Shown here in pieces: positions 20,205-29,135 of a DNA stretch of 61,971 bases. The stretch covers positions 1 to 61,971 of IMG/VR virus record IMGVR_UViG_3300000530_000004. The stretch is one strand, 5' to 3'. Each line of letters starts with the position of its first letter. Position 1 is the stretch's first letter. Position numbers and translations under genes: made by a program. The DNA is from a virus. Its lineage: Duplodnaviria > Caudoviricetes. The notes beneath the pieces were generated by a model, which saw only the letters and a program-made list of their open reading frames with translations, was not told where the DNA came from and searched no databases.

Positions 20205-22992
20205 CTAAAAAGCCTCCACAGTTAATGTGCAATACTGGCACTGCAGGTAAATTCATTTTGGTGCCTTTACCCATACGCTTCTTAGCTATTTTAGCTTGCG
20301 ATCTACCTTTTTTAAGTGCTTCAATTAAACCGTTATAGTTAATCTGTCGCTCAATACACCAATGCTTTAATGGTGCGGGGTAAATGTAAAGCATCTTAAC
20401 ATCGTACTCATGGCGAATAACAAACTGCGCTCTGGGTTGTGCATCTGGAAGTATTAGTGTTTCAGTTAAGTCTTGCTTACCACGATTATCTTCAGTGCTT
20501 TTAATACGTAGTATGTTGTTATGGTTTTCTGCTATGAAGTTAACAAGTGTTGTCTCAGCATCATTATGTAGCTCATATGATCGGTCAGTTGCAATCTTAA
20601 CTACTCTTTTAATATGCGCTACTAAATTGCGTACGTTGTAATTAAAAAAACCTAACCGGTTGCCGACGATTACGCCCATGACGGCGTTCGTTACTATAAG
20701 TGACTGGTATCGGTTTTGTGGGCCGAAATCAAGCACCTTGTCCAAACTCTGACGGACAGTTTTATATTCGTCTTTAAGTTTAGGAATATTATTAATAACG
20801 TAGGTTAACAAGTCATACCATGCGTGTCCGTAGTTCTGTTTAATTAACTCAACCAATTCATCGGTCTTAGTCTTATCAAGATTAGGAACTGGGAATACTT
20901 CAACTTGCAATATCCGCAATGCCTCTGCTTTCGGCATAGCTTTAAACATACTCATCTTTTCAATAACGTCAGCGTTACCGGTAGTTAAAACGCTTAGTGC
21001 CCACTCTAACCCACGATAGCGTTCTTGGTTTGATGATGCTGACATACGACTTCTTTGCGTACCCATTGGAACTGAGTAAGTAAAATCGCTCAAGTCTTTA
21101 CCGGTCATATTCGTTAACTCATCAACTAATGCACCAATGTTGCAGTACAACTCTAACCGATTCATTTTAGATGCAGTGGTATCGCGTTCTTTTAACATTA
21201 ACTGCATAGGATCACCAAACGCTGCTAAGGCAGCAAGTCCTGCTGTTGTTTTACCTAGTCCACCGTCTTCACTGTATAGATGCAAGATAGCACCGTTAAA
21301 TGGTGTGAACTTAGTAAAGATAGATCCTAGTAAATAACCAATAGCCATCTGATGTGTTTCCATACCGGGCTGTTCAAAGAAACTCATCGCTTCTTTCCAT
21401 TTCTCGTACGTGCCTTTTGGTTCAAATGCTGTAAACAATCCCGCGGTAGAACTTGTTGGTGGATTATATTCGACCCTATCTGCAAAGACTTCTTTATCGC
21501 CTAATACAAATGATTCAAAATTATTACCCACCCAACCAAATTGTCTTTTGGCTACATCTGATTTTATTTTATGTTGCATATCCATTACCCATGTATTTAA
21601 GTAGTATTGAATGTCCTCAAACTTCATAAGAGTTACACCGTTTGACCCAAGGTATTTGCGTACCTCGTCTTTAGAACTTACCGATGCAAACGGCATAGTA
21701 AATTCTCTTACCCCATCTTTTGGTAAATGCAGTCTGATTACTATTGACTCACCAAACTCAGGGTCGTGTAACCTACGTGAAACGTATAGGTCATGTTGGT
21801 AAATAAGTACTTCTTGATCTTCACCATCTTTATTAATAATCCGTTTAAATATCCCACCCTGCTTACCACGAAAATAAGGTGCGGGGTATTCTGGAATCAC
21901 ATATATCTGTGATATACCACTTGGCATATTAATAGGTGTATCTTCAATTACATTGTCTTCTTCTGTTGCTTCAAGTACTTCACGTCCTAACACAATAGGA
22001 GATTTAATTATTCCTTTATTGCCACAACCATCACATCCTTTAGGATTAAACTCCTCGAACTTAGCACAGGTATACGGGCCACCTTTAATACCGTACACTT
22101 TTCGTTCTGTTTCATTGGGGTCGTATTCTGGATGTCTACATGAAATCTTATGTATAGCTATATCAGCATCGACACAAAATTTAGCAATAGACAAACCCGC
22201 CCGCCACATTGGTTCCGACATTGTTTCTTGGTTCTCAATAACATACTTAATCTGTTGGCATCCTGAGCCTTTAAGTGTCTTATCAAGTATTGTCTTGAAT
22301 CTATTGGTGTAATTACCTAGCAATGCTTTCGTTACTTCATCCATTTCCCTTGGCGGGATAAATGACTTTCGTGCTTTTACTGGTTCACCTATAATATCTT
22401 TCAGTGTGTTGTATGACTTAGGTTGTGCAGGAACACCAATCAATTCAACTGGGCGTGGGGTATCCTGTTTAAGGTTTAACGTTCCGGGAATACGTAATAT
22501 CCGTGCCGGATCCGCTGTCACTGAAGGGTCTGCAAACAAGCCATGCACATCACATAAGTATTTAAGTTTATCAGCTAGTGGTTGCCATGTTTCACGTGAA
22601 ACAGGTTCATCTAAAGTCCAATAAACGTGCACACCCCCGCCTGAATTAACAAGCGTTGGTTTAGGTAATTTTGTTGCTATACAAAATTCTTTTAATGCAT
22701 TGATAGCTTCTTGTTGATTGGTATACGGTTTCCCTTCACCACAATCTAAGTCCAAGTATAAAGATTTTAAATGGTTAACATTAACAGCTTTTCTTGATTT
22801 ACCATCTACAAAAGTTGCTAGCGCATAGTAGGCGTTATATCCCTCTTTAACTAATGATTCCGCAGCGGATACAACATTTTCTATTGTCTTATAAAATTTT
22901 TGGATTGGCCTGTCGGCTTCTGTCTTTAACCCTACTACGCAATAAAACCCTTCCTGTCCAAGGACTTGTTCTAAAAATTTATTATTGTCCAT
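20134..22992 (-). CDS. Primase (prim-pol) fused to DUF927 / P-loop helicase
   Basis: LDLD, NSGGGVHVYW and ARILRIPGT primase motifs; C-terminal GLGKTT Walker A and LVDE Walker B. Confidence 0.85.
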   Translation of the reverse strand: MDNNKFLEQVLGQEGFYCVVGLKTEADRPIQKFYKTIENVVSAAESLVKEGYNAYYALATFVDGKSRKAVNVNHLKSLYLDLDCGEGKPYTNQQEAINALKEFCIATKLPKPTLVNSGGGVHVYWTLDEPVSRETWQPLADKLKYLCDVHGLFADPSVTADPARILRIPGTLNLKQDTPRPVELIGVPAQPKSYNTLKDIIGEPVKARKSFIPPREMDEVTKALLGNYTNRFKTILDKTLKGSGCQQIKYVIENQETMSEPMWRAGLSIAKFCVDADIAIHKISCRHPEYDPNETERKVYGIKGGPYTCAKFEEFNPKGCDGCGNKGIIKSPIVLGREVLEATEEDNVIEDTPINMPSGISQIYVIPEYPAPYFRGKQGGIFKRIINKDGEDQEVLIYQHDLYVSRRLHDPEFGESIVIRLHLPKDGVREFTMPFASVSSKDEVRKYLGSNGVTLMKFEDIQYYLNTWVMDMQHKIKSDVAKRQFGWVGNNFESFVLGDKEVFADRVEYNPPTSSTAGLFTAFEPKGTYEKWKEAMSFFEQPGMETHQMAIGYLLGSIFTKFTPFNGAILHLYSEDGGLGKTTAGLAALAAFGDPMQLMLKERDTTASKMNRLELYCNIGALVDELTNMTGKDLSDFTYSVPMGTQRSRMSASSNQERYRGLEWALSVLTTGNADVIEKMSMFKAMPKAEALRILQVEVFPVPNLDKTKTDELVELIKQNYGHAWYDLLTYVINNIPKLKDEYKTVRQSLDKVLDFGPQNRYQSLIVTNAVMGVIVGNRLGFFNYNVRNLVAHIKRVVKIATDRSYELHNDAETTLVNFIAENHNNILRIKSTEDNRGKQDLTETLILPDAQPRAQFVIRHEYDVKMLYIYPAPLKHWCIERQINYNGLIEALKKGRSQAKIAKKRMGKGTKMNLPAVPVLHINCGGFLDDELEAEIKAAGEHVNKVDGAES

Positions 22993-23112
22993 TCTCCACC
23001 CAAAGCGTAGGGTGGGGTTACTTACAGACTATTGTTTACAATCATATAACTAACAAATAGGATACAGGCTATTTAAAGTCGCCGAGCCGACTCGTCTGTG
23101 TTCACCCCGAAG
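22993..23112 (-). ncRNA. Candidate structured 5' leader of the primase-helicase gene
   Basis: Nested stems GGGGT/ACCCC, ACAGAC/GTCTGT, AGTCG/CGACT and AAATAG/CTATTT, plus a CCACCC/GGGTGG hairpin overlapping the RBS. Confidence 0.4.
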
Positions 23113-23119
23113 TTATATT

Positions 23120-24052
23120 TTATACATCATCCCATTCGTTTACCAAGTCACCAAGACTAGATTCTTGCACTACAGGTGCCGGTTTCTTGGTTGCTACTTT
23201 TTTGGGTTGTTCAACTTCTGGTTCGGACTCTTCAACTTCCTCTGCTTGTGGTTCTGGTTCAGCAACTTTAGGTTTAGCTATAGCGTTCTTAGCTTTTGGT
23301 TGAGCCTGTTCAAACTCTTCATTGTGTGTTTTCACATTGTCAGTCTGAGCCACAGTCATAGTGATTGCTTTAATCGCATCATCACTCTTCATAAGACGTT
23401 GTACTGTCTCATACTCTTCGCTAGTAACTGGACGTACAGGTTTAAAGGTTACTTTCGGCGTAGCACTGCTTGTATCAAAACGCATCTCAGTTACAACACC
23501 AATGATAGGCACACCGTTGTTCTGCAAGAACTTAGCATATGCGTTCAATGGCATTTTGTTTTTCTCACCATCACCAAAGATAGACTTGGCGGGTAATACT
23601 AATTGATATACGTTCTCGTTTTCATCACCCTCAATAATTACTGCTAAACGGCGTTGATGTCTACAAGCACGACTATTCTCTTGCCCACTACCTTTAATAT
23701 TCTGTGGGCAGTTTAAACAAGTTAATGATTGTTTCTTTTCTGCTGACTCATCTGGACGTTGCCCATCTGCTGACCAACATGCGGGACTTAATACTTCACC
23801 CTCTGTATAGGTCTTGTCATAGTAAGTACGTGATACATGTGGCGCAGCATTAATAATAATGATGTTCATAGCACGTTCTTCTGATAAACGTACTTCTTCA
23901 CCACCAACTAACTCACGGAATACACCACCTTTGATACTAATACGGCGCATGCCACCGCCTGTACCGCCCGCTAATGAAGATGTAACTGGATCTACTGCAT
24001 CCTTAAGATAGGCGGGTAAACCACCTTTAAAAATTGCTATATCGTTACTCAT
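23120..24052 (-). CDS. Putative single-stranded DNA-binding / annealing protein
   Basis: RRISIKGGVFR, Cys cluster (CWS..CLNC..C) and acidic tail ending EWDDV; replication module. Confidence 0.5.
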   Translation of the reverse strand: MSNDIAIFKGGLPAYLKDAVDPVTSSLAGGTGGGMRRISIKGGVFRELVGGEEVRLSEERAMNIIIINAAPHVSRTYYDKTYTEGEVLSPACWSADGQRPDESAEKKQSLTCLNCPQNIKGSGQENSRACRHQRRLAVIIEGDENENVYQLVLPAKSIFGDGEKNKMPLNAYAKFLQNNGVPIIGVVTEMRFDTSSATPKVTFKPVRPVTSEEYETVQRLMKSDDAIKAITMTVAQTDNVKTHNEEFEQAQPKAKNAIAKPKVAEPEPQAEEVEESEPEVEQPKKVATKKPAPVVQESSLGDLVNEWDDV

Positions 24053-24064
24053 TGTAAATTCTCC

Positions 24065-24313
24065 TTAAATGTCATCGTCTGGGTTAAAGTTCATTTCTAA
24101 TTGTGTACCTTCGGGTAACGGAATACCGTCTGTACTTTCATCTCCACCAAGCTTACGCAGTGCTGACTCAACTTCACTTATCTTAAACCGATATACACCA
24201 CCGATTTTTAAAGACGGTACTAAGTTTTGCCTAATCCACATACGCACAGTTGAGACTGATACAGAGAAATAGTCCGCTACACCCTCTATTGGTACAAAGG
24301 GTTCGTCAGTCAT
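24065..24313 (-). CDS. Excisionase-like helix-turn-helix DNA-binding protein
   Basis: VADYFSVSVSTVRMWIRQNLVPSLKIGGVYRF matches the MerR-like/HTH_17 pattern. Confidence 0.85.
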   Translation of the reverse strand: MTDEPFVPIEGVADYFSVSVSTVRMWIRQNLVPSLKIGGVYRFKISEVESALRKLGGDESTDGIPLPEGTQLEMNFNPDDDI

Positions 24314-24725
24314 TTTTGCTCCTTTTTATTGTTACTGAATACTCCATACTTGAATTAAGCCCGGGAGGTAGTACCTCTGGGTTCTCTTCAAGATAAGCCT
24401 TGATGTTGCCTTGGTTTAAACGCTTTTCTAATAACTGTGGCATGTTATTGTCCACAATAAACTTGTGCATTGCATCCCAATCATTTGTCGAATAAGTCGT
24501 GCGTACAGTACGGTAGACTAACCCCGATGATGTACGGATACTTTCGGCATTGAGGGATTTCATGTGCTCAAGGATAGCGAATTTCACTTGGTTCATATCA
24601 GCCTCAATACCTTTTATCTGGGCCTCAAGTTCCTTAGAGATTTCCGCTTTTTTGTCCCGCATCTTGATATAGACACGAGTCAGTTTTTCGAGGGAAATAT
24701 CCCCCATTGCTTCATTATCAGCCAT
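24306..24725 (-). CDS. Phage replication-module protein (coiled coil)
   Basis: LTRVYIKMRD...DWDAMHKFI...LPPGLN; RBS AAGGAG. Confidence 0.6.
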   Translation of the reverse strand: MADNEAMGDISLEKLTRVYIKMRDKKAEISKELEAQIKGIEADMNQVKFAILEHMKSLNAESIRTSSGLVYRTVRTTYSTNDWDAMHKFIVDNNMPQLLEKRLNQGNIKAYLEENPEVLPPGLNSSMEYSVTIKRSKND

Positions 24726-24783
24726 AATATTCTCCTTAATATGTCGTAGCAGTACCTATTGGTTTTCTTGCTACATGTCCATT

Positions 24784-24812
24784 ACAATACTATCAAAGTT
24801 TATTTTAGTCAA
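24784..24812 (-). promoter_or_regulatory. Sigma70-like promoter
   Basis: TTGACT-17-TATTGT upstream of the gene starting at 24725. Confidence 0.45.
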
Positions 24813-26343
24813 GCAAATTCTTGTAAAGATCAACTAATTTTTCGTGGTCATTTATTTTATTATCTAACATGTTATAGAGTCTATTCTCAACTTGTGACCC
24901 CTGCAGTCTGACCACTGTGACTGGATGTTTCTGACCCGCTCTATGCGCCCTTGCATTAGCTTGCGCATATATTTCTAAACTGGACGTAGGACCCCACCAA
25001 ACGATTGTATCGGCAGCGGTGAGTGTTACCCCATGCGCCGCAGCTTGTGGTTGTATAACCAATATACGAGGGTCTGGCGTTGTCTGAAACCGACTAAATA
25101 TCTCTGCCCTTTTAGACGCTGATATCTGACCATTTATTATCTCTGTTGAGAAACCATCACTAACTAATTTACTAGAAAGAATTTCAATCGTATTCCTAAA
25201 CGGAACAAAAATCAAAACCTTTTGCTGAGTTTCGTCTATGACTTCACGCAACACTTTGTATCTATTAGATATATCAAATTCTAATGTTTCACCTGAATCA
25301 GAATATACTGCACCGCACGATAACTGCAGTAACTTATTAATAGCTACTCCCGCGTTTACAGCCGTAATCTGCTCACCTGATGCTTCCATAATCAAGCGGT
25401 TCTTAAACAAGGTATAGTATTTTTTCTGTTGTGGTGTTAGTTCAACTTTCCGGGTGACGTACGTCATGTCAGGCAAATCAAGACATTCATCCTTGGTATA
25501 ACGTATTGCAGGCTGAAGTGCCTCATGCACTATATGTCGTGCGTTCTCTCTGGGCATCCACTTAAATTTACTAACCTGTGTCATCACCATATCTCTAAAC
25601 GCACCACGAAATTTGGGCACACCTGTTGGATTAACTAACTTAGCTAAACCATATGCATCCATAGGCGACTGCGCTGCCGGTGTTCCCGTCATCATCCACA
25701 ACCAAGTATCAGGCTTTAATATCTTATTAAGCGTTTTCCATCTGGTAGTCTGGTTATTCTTATATGCATTAGCTTCGTCGATAATAATTAAATCGAACCC
25801 CGCGTCTGCAATAATATCTTGTACGATCTCAACCCCATCATAGTTAATAATGACGTACTCTGACTGTGAGTTAATTACTGCTTCTCGCTTTTCTTTTTTG
25901 CCGTGAGCAATATCCACGGTGCGGTGCATAGCAAAACGGAATAAGTCTGCTCGCCATGCCGAGTCCATAATCGACAACGGGCATATCACAAGTACACGCT
26001 TAATTCGCCCAAGTTTCAGTAAGTAGTCTGACGCCCATATAGCTGATGCAGTTTTACCTGTACCTTGTTCATTCAAACAAAAAGCTCTTCTGTTCAAAGT
26101 AAGAAAAGACGCTGTAACACGTTGGTGTGCAAATGGTTGATGCACTCCGGGCCAGCTATAATCTTTATATATTGGTGATGGTACATCTCGTATCTTTAAG
26201 TTCTTGAGAACCTGAGCTTCATCTAAAGACCATTTTACTAGTACTCTATTGTCACCAATGTCTTTACTATTAGGTATAACTGTCGTAACCCTCTGTGGGT
26301 TTTTTAATCTAAGCAGTAGGGCTTTATTCTCTATTATCTCCAT
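24805..26343 (-). CDS. SNF2-family (SF2) helicase
   Basis: EQGTGKT, IIDEA, MTGTP and QANARAHRAGQ helicase motifs. Confidence 0.92.
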   Translation of the reverse strand: MEIIENKALLLRLKNPQRVTTVIPNSKDIGDNRVLVKWSLDEAQVLKNLKIRDVPSPIYKDYSWPGVHQPFAHQRVTASFLTLNRRAFCLNEQGTGKTASAIWASDYLLKLGRIKRVLVICPLSIMDSAWRADLFRFAMHRTVDIAHGKKEKREAVINSQSEYVIINYDGVEIVQDIIADAGFDLIIIDEANAYKNNQTTRWKTLNKILKPDTWLWMMTGTPAAQSPMDAYGLAKLVNPTGVPKFRGAFRDMVMTQVSKFKWMPRENARHIVHEALQPAIRYTKDECLDLPDMTYVTRKVELTPQQKKYYTLFKNRLIMEASGEQITAVNAGVAINKLLQLSCGAVYSDSGETLEFDISNRYKVLREVIDETQQKVLIFVPFRNTIEILSSKLVSDGFSTEIINGQISASKRAEIFSRFQTTPDPRILVIQPQAAAHGVTLTAADTIVWWGPTSSLEIYAQANARAHRAGQKHPVTVVRLQGSQVENRLYNMLDNKINDHEKLVDLYKNLLD

Positions 26344-26591
26344 TACTTCTTCTTTTTATGTCCGTTCCTAGCACGGTTGACGCTCGGTGATACAAGGCGG
26401 ATACCGTCTTTATTCGAGCCACCTTTGCTAAGCATTTTTATATGGTCAATGTCTTTACCTTTACGGTCGACACCCTCTTTATCTAACTTACGTCTTGCAC
26501 GTTGGCGTTCCATACGTGCCGGTAATTCACCTCTTTCTTTCTGTTGCTTGTACTCTTTCTTGTAGGGTCTGGGCTTGTTCACATAAGGCAT
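26343..26591 (-). CDS. Small HNH endonuclease
   Basis: DIDHIKMLSKGGSN...NRARN. Confidence 0.75.
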   Translation of the reverse strand: MPYVNKPRPYKKEYKQQKERGELPARMERQRARRKLDKEGVDRKGKDIDHIKMLSKGGSNKDGIRLVSPSVNRARNGHKKKK

Positions 26592-26610
26592 GGTCGTCTC
26601 CTGAGTAACG

Positions 26611-26946
26611 TTACCTTATTATACCCATACTCCCTTTTAATTGTTCTCTCACTTCGTTTTCAATCATAGTGTTTAATTGATACTGAAAGTTACTCATCGA
26701 AAATAGCATAGTAGATAAGTTTTCTCTGATTGTTTCTAATATCAAATACCTAATATCGGGTTCACGTAAGTGGGATTTAAGTATTGAGCCAAACCGTATA
26801 CGTGCGTTATATATTGGGTCACTACTTGATAGTGACGGTTTTTCATTCTCATACAATAACAACTCCACTAATACAGTCATTACTCTCTCATTAATGTCGT
26901 GATGTAGCATCAAGGCTACATCTGCTGCGTCTTCATTTTTGTCCAT
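26611..26946 (-). CDS. Hypothetical protein
   Basis: 111-aa ORF in the leftward operon. Confidence 0.5.
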   Translation of the reverse strand: MDKNEDAADVALMLHHDINERVMTVLVELLLYENEKPSLSSSDPIYNARIRFGSILKSHLREPDIRYLILETIRENLSTMLFSMSNFQYQLNTMIENEVREQLKGSMGIIR

Positions 26947-27119
26947 TATGCTTCCTCTTCACACATCCAATGGCTTGGTTTAAAACAAAGTCCGCCAAGC
27001 AAAATAGCCAATGCAAACCACCAACCACTATGATTAAGCACAAATACCGCGTAGCCAGTCCCGCCAAACAACATTCCCTCCCAAAAGATAATGTAGATTA
27101 AATAGGTTAAATATCTCAT
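26946..27119 (-). CDS. Small membrane protein (57 aa, not in the ORF track)
   Basis: MRYLTYLIYIIFWEGMLFGGTGYAVFVLNHSGWWFALAILLGGLCFKPSHWMCEEEA*; TAATG coupling at both ends. Confidence 0.55.
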   Translation of the reverse strand: MRYLTYLIYIIFWEGMLFGGTGYAVFVLNHSGWWFALAILLGGLCFKPSHWMCEEEA

Positions 27120-27346
27120 TATTTATTCTCTTTTGGTTCAAACCACTTACCCTCATAGCCACACCGATGCGTCTCTTTAATATCACGCAAGGTAGCTAAT
27201 TCCCAACACTCAGGTGCTCCAGTTATACGACTATATAGTTGTGGGTGTGCACAAACAAACTCAGTAACTTTACGTTGACCGAATAGTGTGGTTCGAGTAA
27301 TAACTTCTTTACAGTGTTTACAGTCATGGCATGCACGAATTTCCAT
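27119..27346 (-). CDS. Small Cys-rich (zinc-binding) protein
   Basis: CHDCKHC...CAHP...CGYEGKWFE. Confidence 0.6.
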   Translation of the reverse strand: MEIRACHDCKHCKEVITRTTLFGQRKVTEFVCAHPQLYSRITGAPECWELATLRDIKETHRCGYEGKWFEPKENK

Positions 27347-27425
27347 TATTTACTCCACTCTCTAATCAATAAAATAATAAAGATAACTGCTGTTATATAT
27401 TTAGCGAAGTGTATAAATGACTCCA

Positions 27426-27728
27426 TTATGCAACCTTACTTGCTTTAATAACTGATCTAGCAAAAGCATACATTACTTCTTTAGCATCTAAACTTGATTG
27501 GTTAAGAGTCAACATATTTGTATAACCATCTTGAATACACTCTTGCCAAATTTTATGTATTTCCTCGTCAGTTAATTCCACGTATTTTTTCTCTAACTCA
27601 GCAACTCTTTCTTTTAAAGCATTTACTTCATAGTTAAGCATATTTAATGTTGGTTCAACGAGTTCAAATAGCTTTGAGATAATTTCTTTATTTACATCTT
27701 TTAGTGTTAGTGAGTCTTTTTTAAACAT
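27426..27728 (-). CDS. Hypothetical protein
   Basis: Likely start MFKKDS; LTDEEI...FAR motif common in phage early proteins. Confidence 0.55.
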   Translation of the reverse strand: MFKKDSLTLKDVNKEIISKLFELVEPTLNMLNYEVNALKERVAELEKKYVELTDEEIHKIWQECIQDGYTNMLTLNQSSLDAKEVMYAFARSVIKASKVA

Positions 27729-27934
27729 TATTCTTCCTCCGCTGGTGGGGTTATTGGTGTCCATAATTTATAATCGTCTATTGGTTTACTACCATCGCTA
27801 GTGGACCATTCAAAATAATCTTGATAATCATATTTTTCTAGATAAGCTATTTCTGGAGCTTTATACTTTTCGTCCCATACTATTACCCAATCAGTAAATT
27901 CAGGTAATCTCTCACTTGTCTTAATCCATTCCAT
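27728..27934 (-). CDS. DUF551-like protein
   Basis: MEWIKTSERLPE...WTPITPP pattern. Confidence 0.7.
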   Translation of the reverse strand: MEWIKTSERLPEFTDWVIVWDEKYKAPEIAYLEKYDYQDYFEWSTSDGSKPIDDYKLWTPITPPAEEE

Positions 27935-28254
27935 TATTTATTCTCCTCTGCTGGTTTAGCGTATTTATAACCTGTAACCCCAGACTGAGTCCAAGATGTT
28001 CTTCCGTAAGCAAAAGTATAAAAAAGCCCATCTTTAAAGTGAGAAAAATATCCTTTATGCCAGCGTTCCCCATCAATGCTAAGTAATAGCTTTTTATCTA
28101 CTTCCCATGATTTTGCTGGGTGCAGTTCTTCTTTACTTTTTAATTCTGCAATCTCTTTTTCTAACTTAGTTACTCGATCAATTAAGCCCGTTAAAATTCC
28201 ACTTATAAAATGTTGTTCATAAGCTGTTGCTGTTGGTGTTGGTGTTGGTGTCAT
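27934..28254 (-). CDS. Hypothetical protein
   Basis: RBS GGAG; GYFSHFKDG...GRTSWT. Confidence 0.55.
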   Translation of the reverse strand: MTPTPTPTATAYEQHFISGILTGLIDRVTKLEKEIAELKSKEELHPAKSWEVDKKLLLSIDGERWHKGYFSHFKDGLFYTFAYGRTSWTQSGVTGYKYAKPAEENK

Positions 28255-28263
28255 AATTTTCTC

Positions 28264-28929
28264 CTAGTTTTGTCCGTTGTGTGGGCACTCAAGTACTAAA
28301 CAGTGTTTTCGGCATAGTCCGCTTGGTCGTGGGTTCCATACGTCATTAGCGAACGCACTCTTTAATTTGTTATAGCTTGTCATCCATTTAAGCCATAATT
28401 TATCTTCATGTTCTATATTGTATTTAGATGTTAAAAAACTCTTGCTAATTACAAATAGCAGTCCACCTTTGACGACTTTAACTTGTGGAAAGTGCTTGAA
28501 TATCGCAAGTGCAGTTAACTCTAACTGTGCATGGTCAGCGTACTTGTCTGACTTACCTGTCTTGTAATCTACATAACGTGCTTCTTCGCCATTGATAATA
28601 AGTAAGTCGGCAATACCACGCCACCAAACGTTGTCAGCCATAAACGCACAAGGCTCAAGGTTTTCAGTTAAACCCATCTCATATTCACACAACTTCTCAC
28701 CTTGCAACTGCTTCAAGTTATCCAGCGCCTCTTTAACAAACGCAAACTGTTTTGGTAGGTTTTTACCGTCCCTAACATATTCCTCTGCACACTTATGAAA
28801 CAACTTCCCGTAGGTAATCGCTTCAGTTTCTGGCTCCTTAACATCTTTGGCTACACGCAAGTGATAGTACTTACGAGGGCACTGCTCAAACAATTTAATA
28901 CTTGAATATGACCATGTTGGATTCTTCAT
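28264..28929 (-). CDS. PD-(D/E)XK exonuclease (Cas4/RecB-like)
   Basis: WSYSSIKLFEQCP, RGIADL..DYKTGK, QL and C-terminal CRKHC..C; likely start MKNPTW. Confidence 0.85.
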   Translation of the reverse strand: MKNPTWSYSSIKLFEQCPRKYYHLRVAKDVKEPETEAITYGKLFHKCAEEYVRDGKNLPKQFAFVKEALDNLKQLQGEKLCEYEMGLTENLEPCAFMADNVWWRGIADLLIINGEEARYVDYKTGKSDKYADHAQLELTALAIFKHFPQVKVVKGGLLFVISKSFLTSKYNIEHEDKLWLKWMTSYNKLKSAFANDVWNPRPSGLCRKHCLVLECPHNGQN

Positions 28930-29135
28930 TCTTGTTCTCTCTTTATTTGACCAACCTTGAGCGCCGCACGATAACCACTTTCCCAACCTCTATCCCATAC
29001 TCCCGCAAGGATAAAAGCCCACCATGTAAACGGTCGTTCATGTCCCGCACGTAAAACATTTATTAGATTATTAGCGTAGGTTTTAGTCCACACCAACTTT
29101 GCTCTGTATTTTGTATCTTGCTTAGCAGTCCCCAT
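28926..29135 (-). CDS. Hypothetical protein
   Basis: Fills the gap between polymerase and exonuclease with overlapping ends. Confidence 0.4.
   Translation of the reverse strand: MGTAKQDTKYRAKLVWTKTYANNLINVLRAGHERPFTWWAFILAGVWDRGWESGYRAALKVGQIKREQE

Noticed and set aside
24065-24313. Lysogeny module suggested by the excisionase-like gene
   Set aside because: No integrase, CI-like repressor or att site was recognised in the window; the HTH gene sits in the replication operon.
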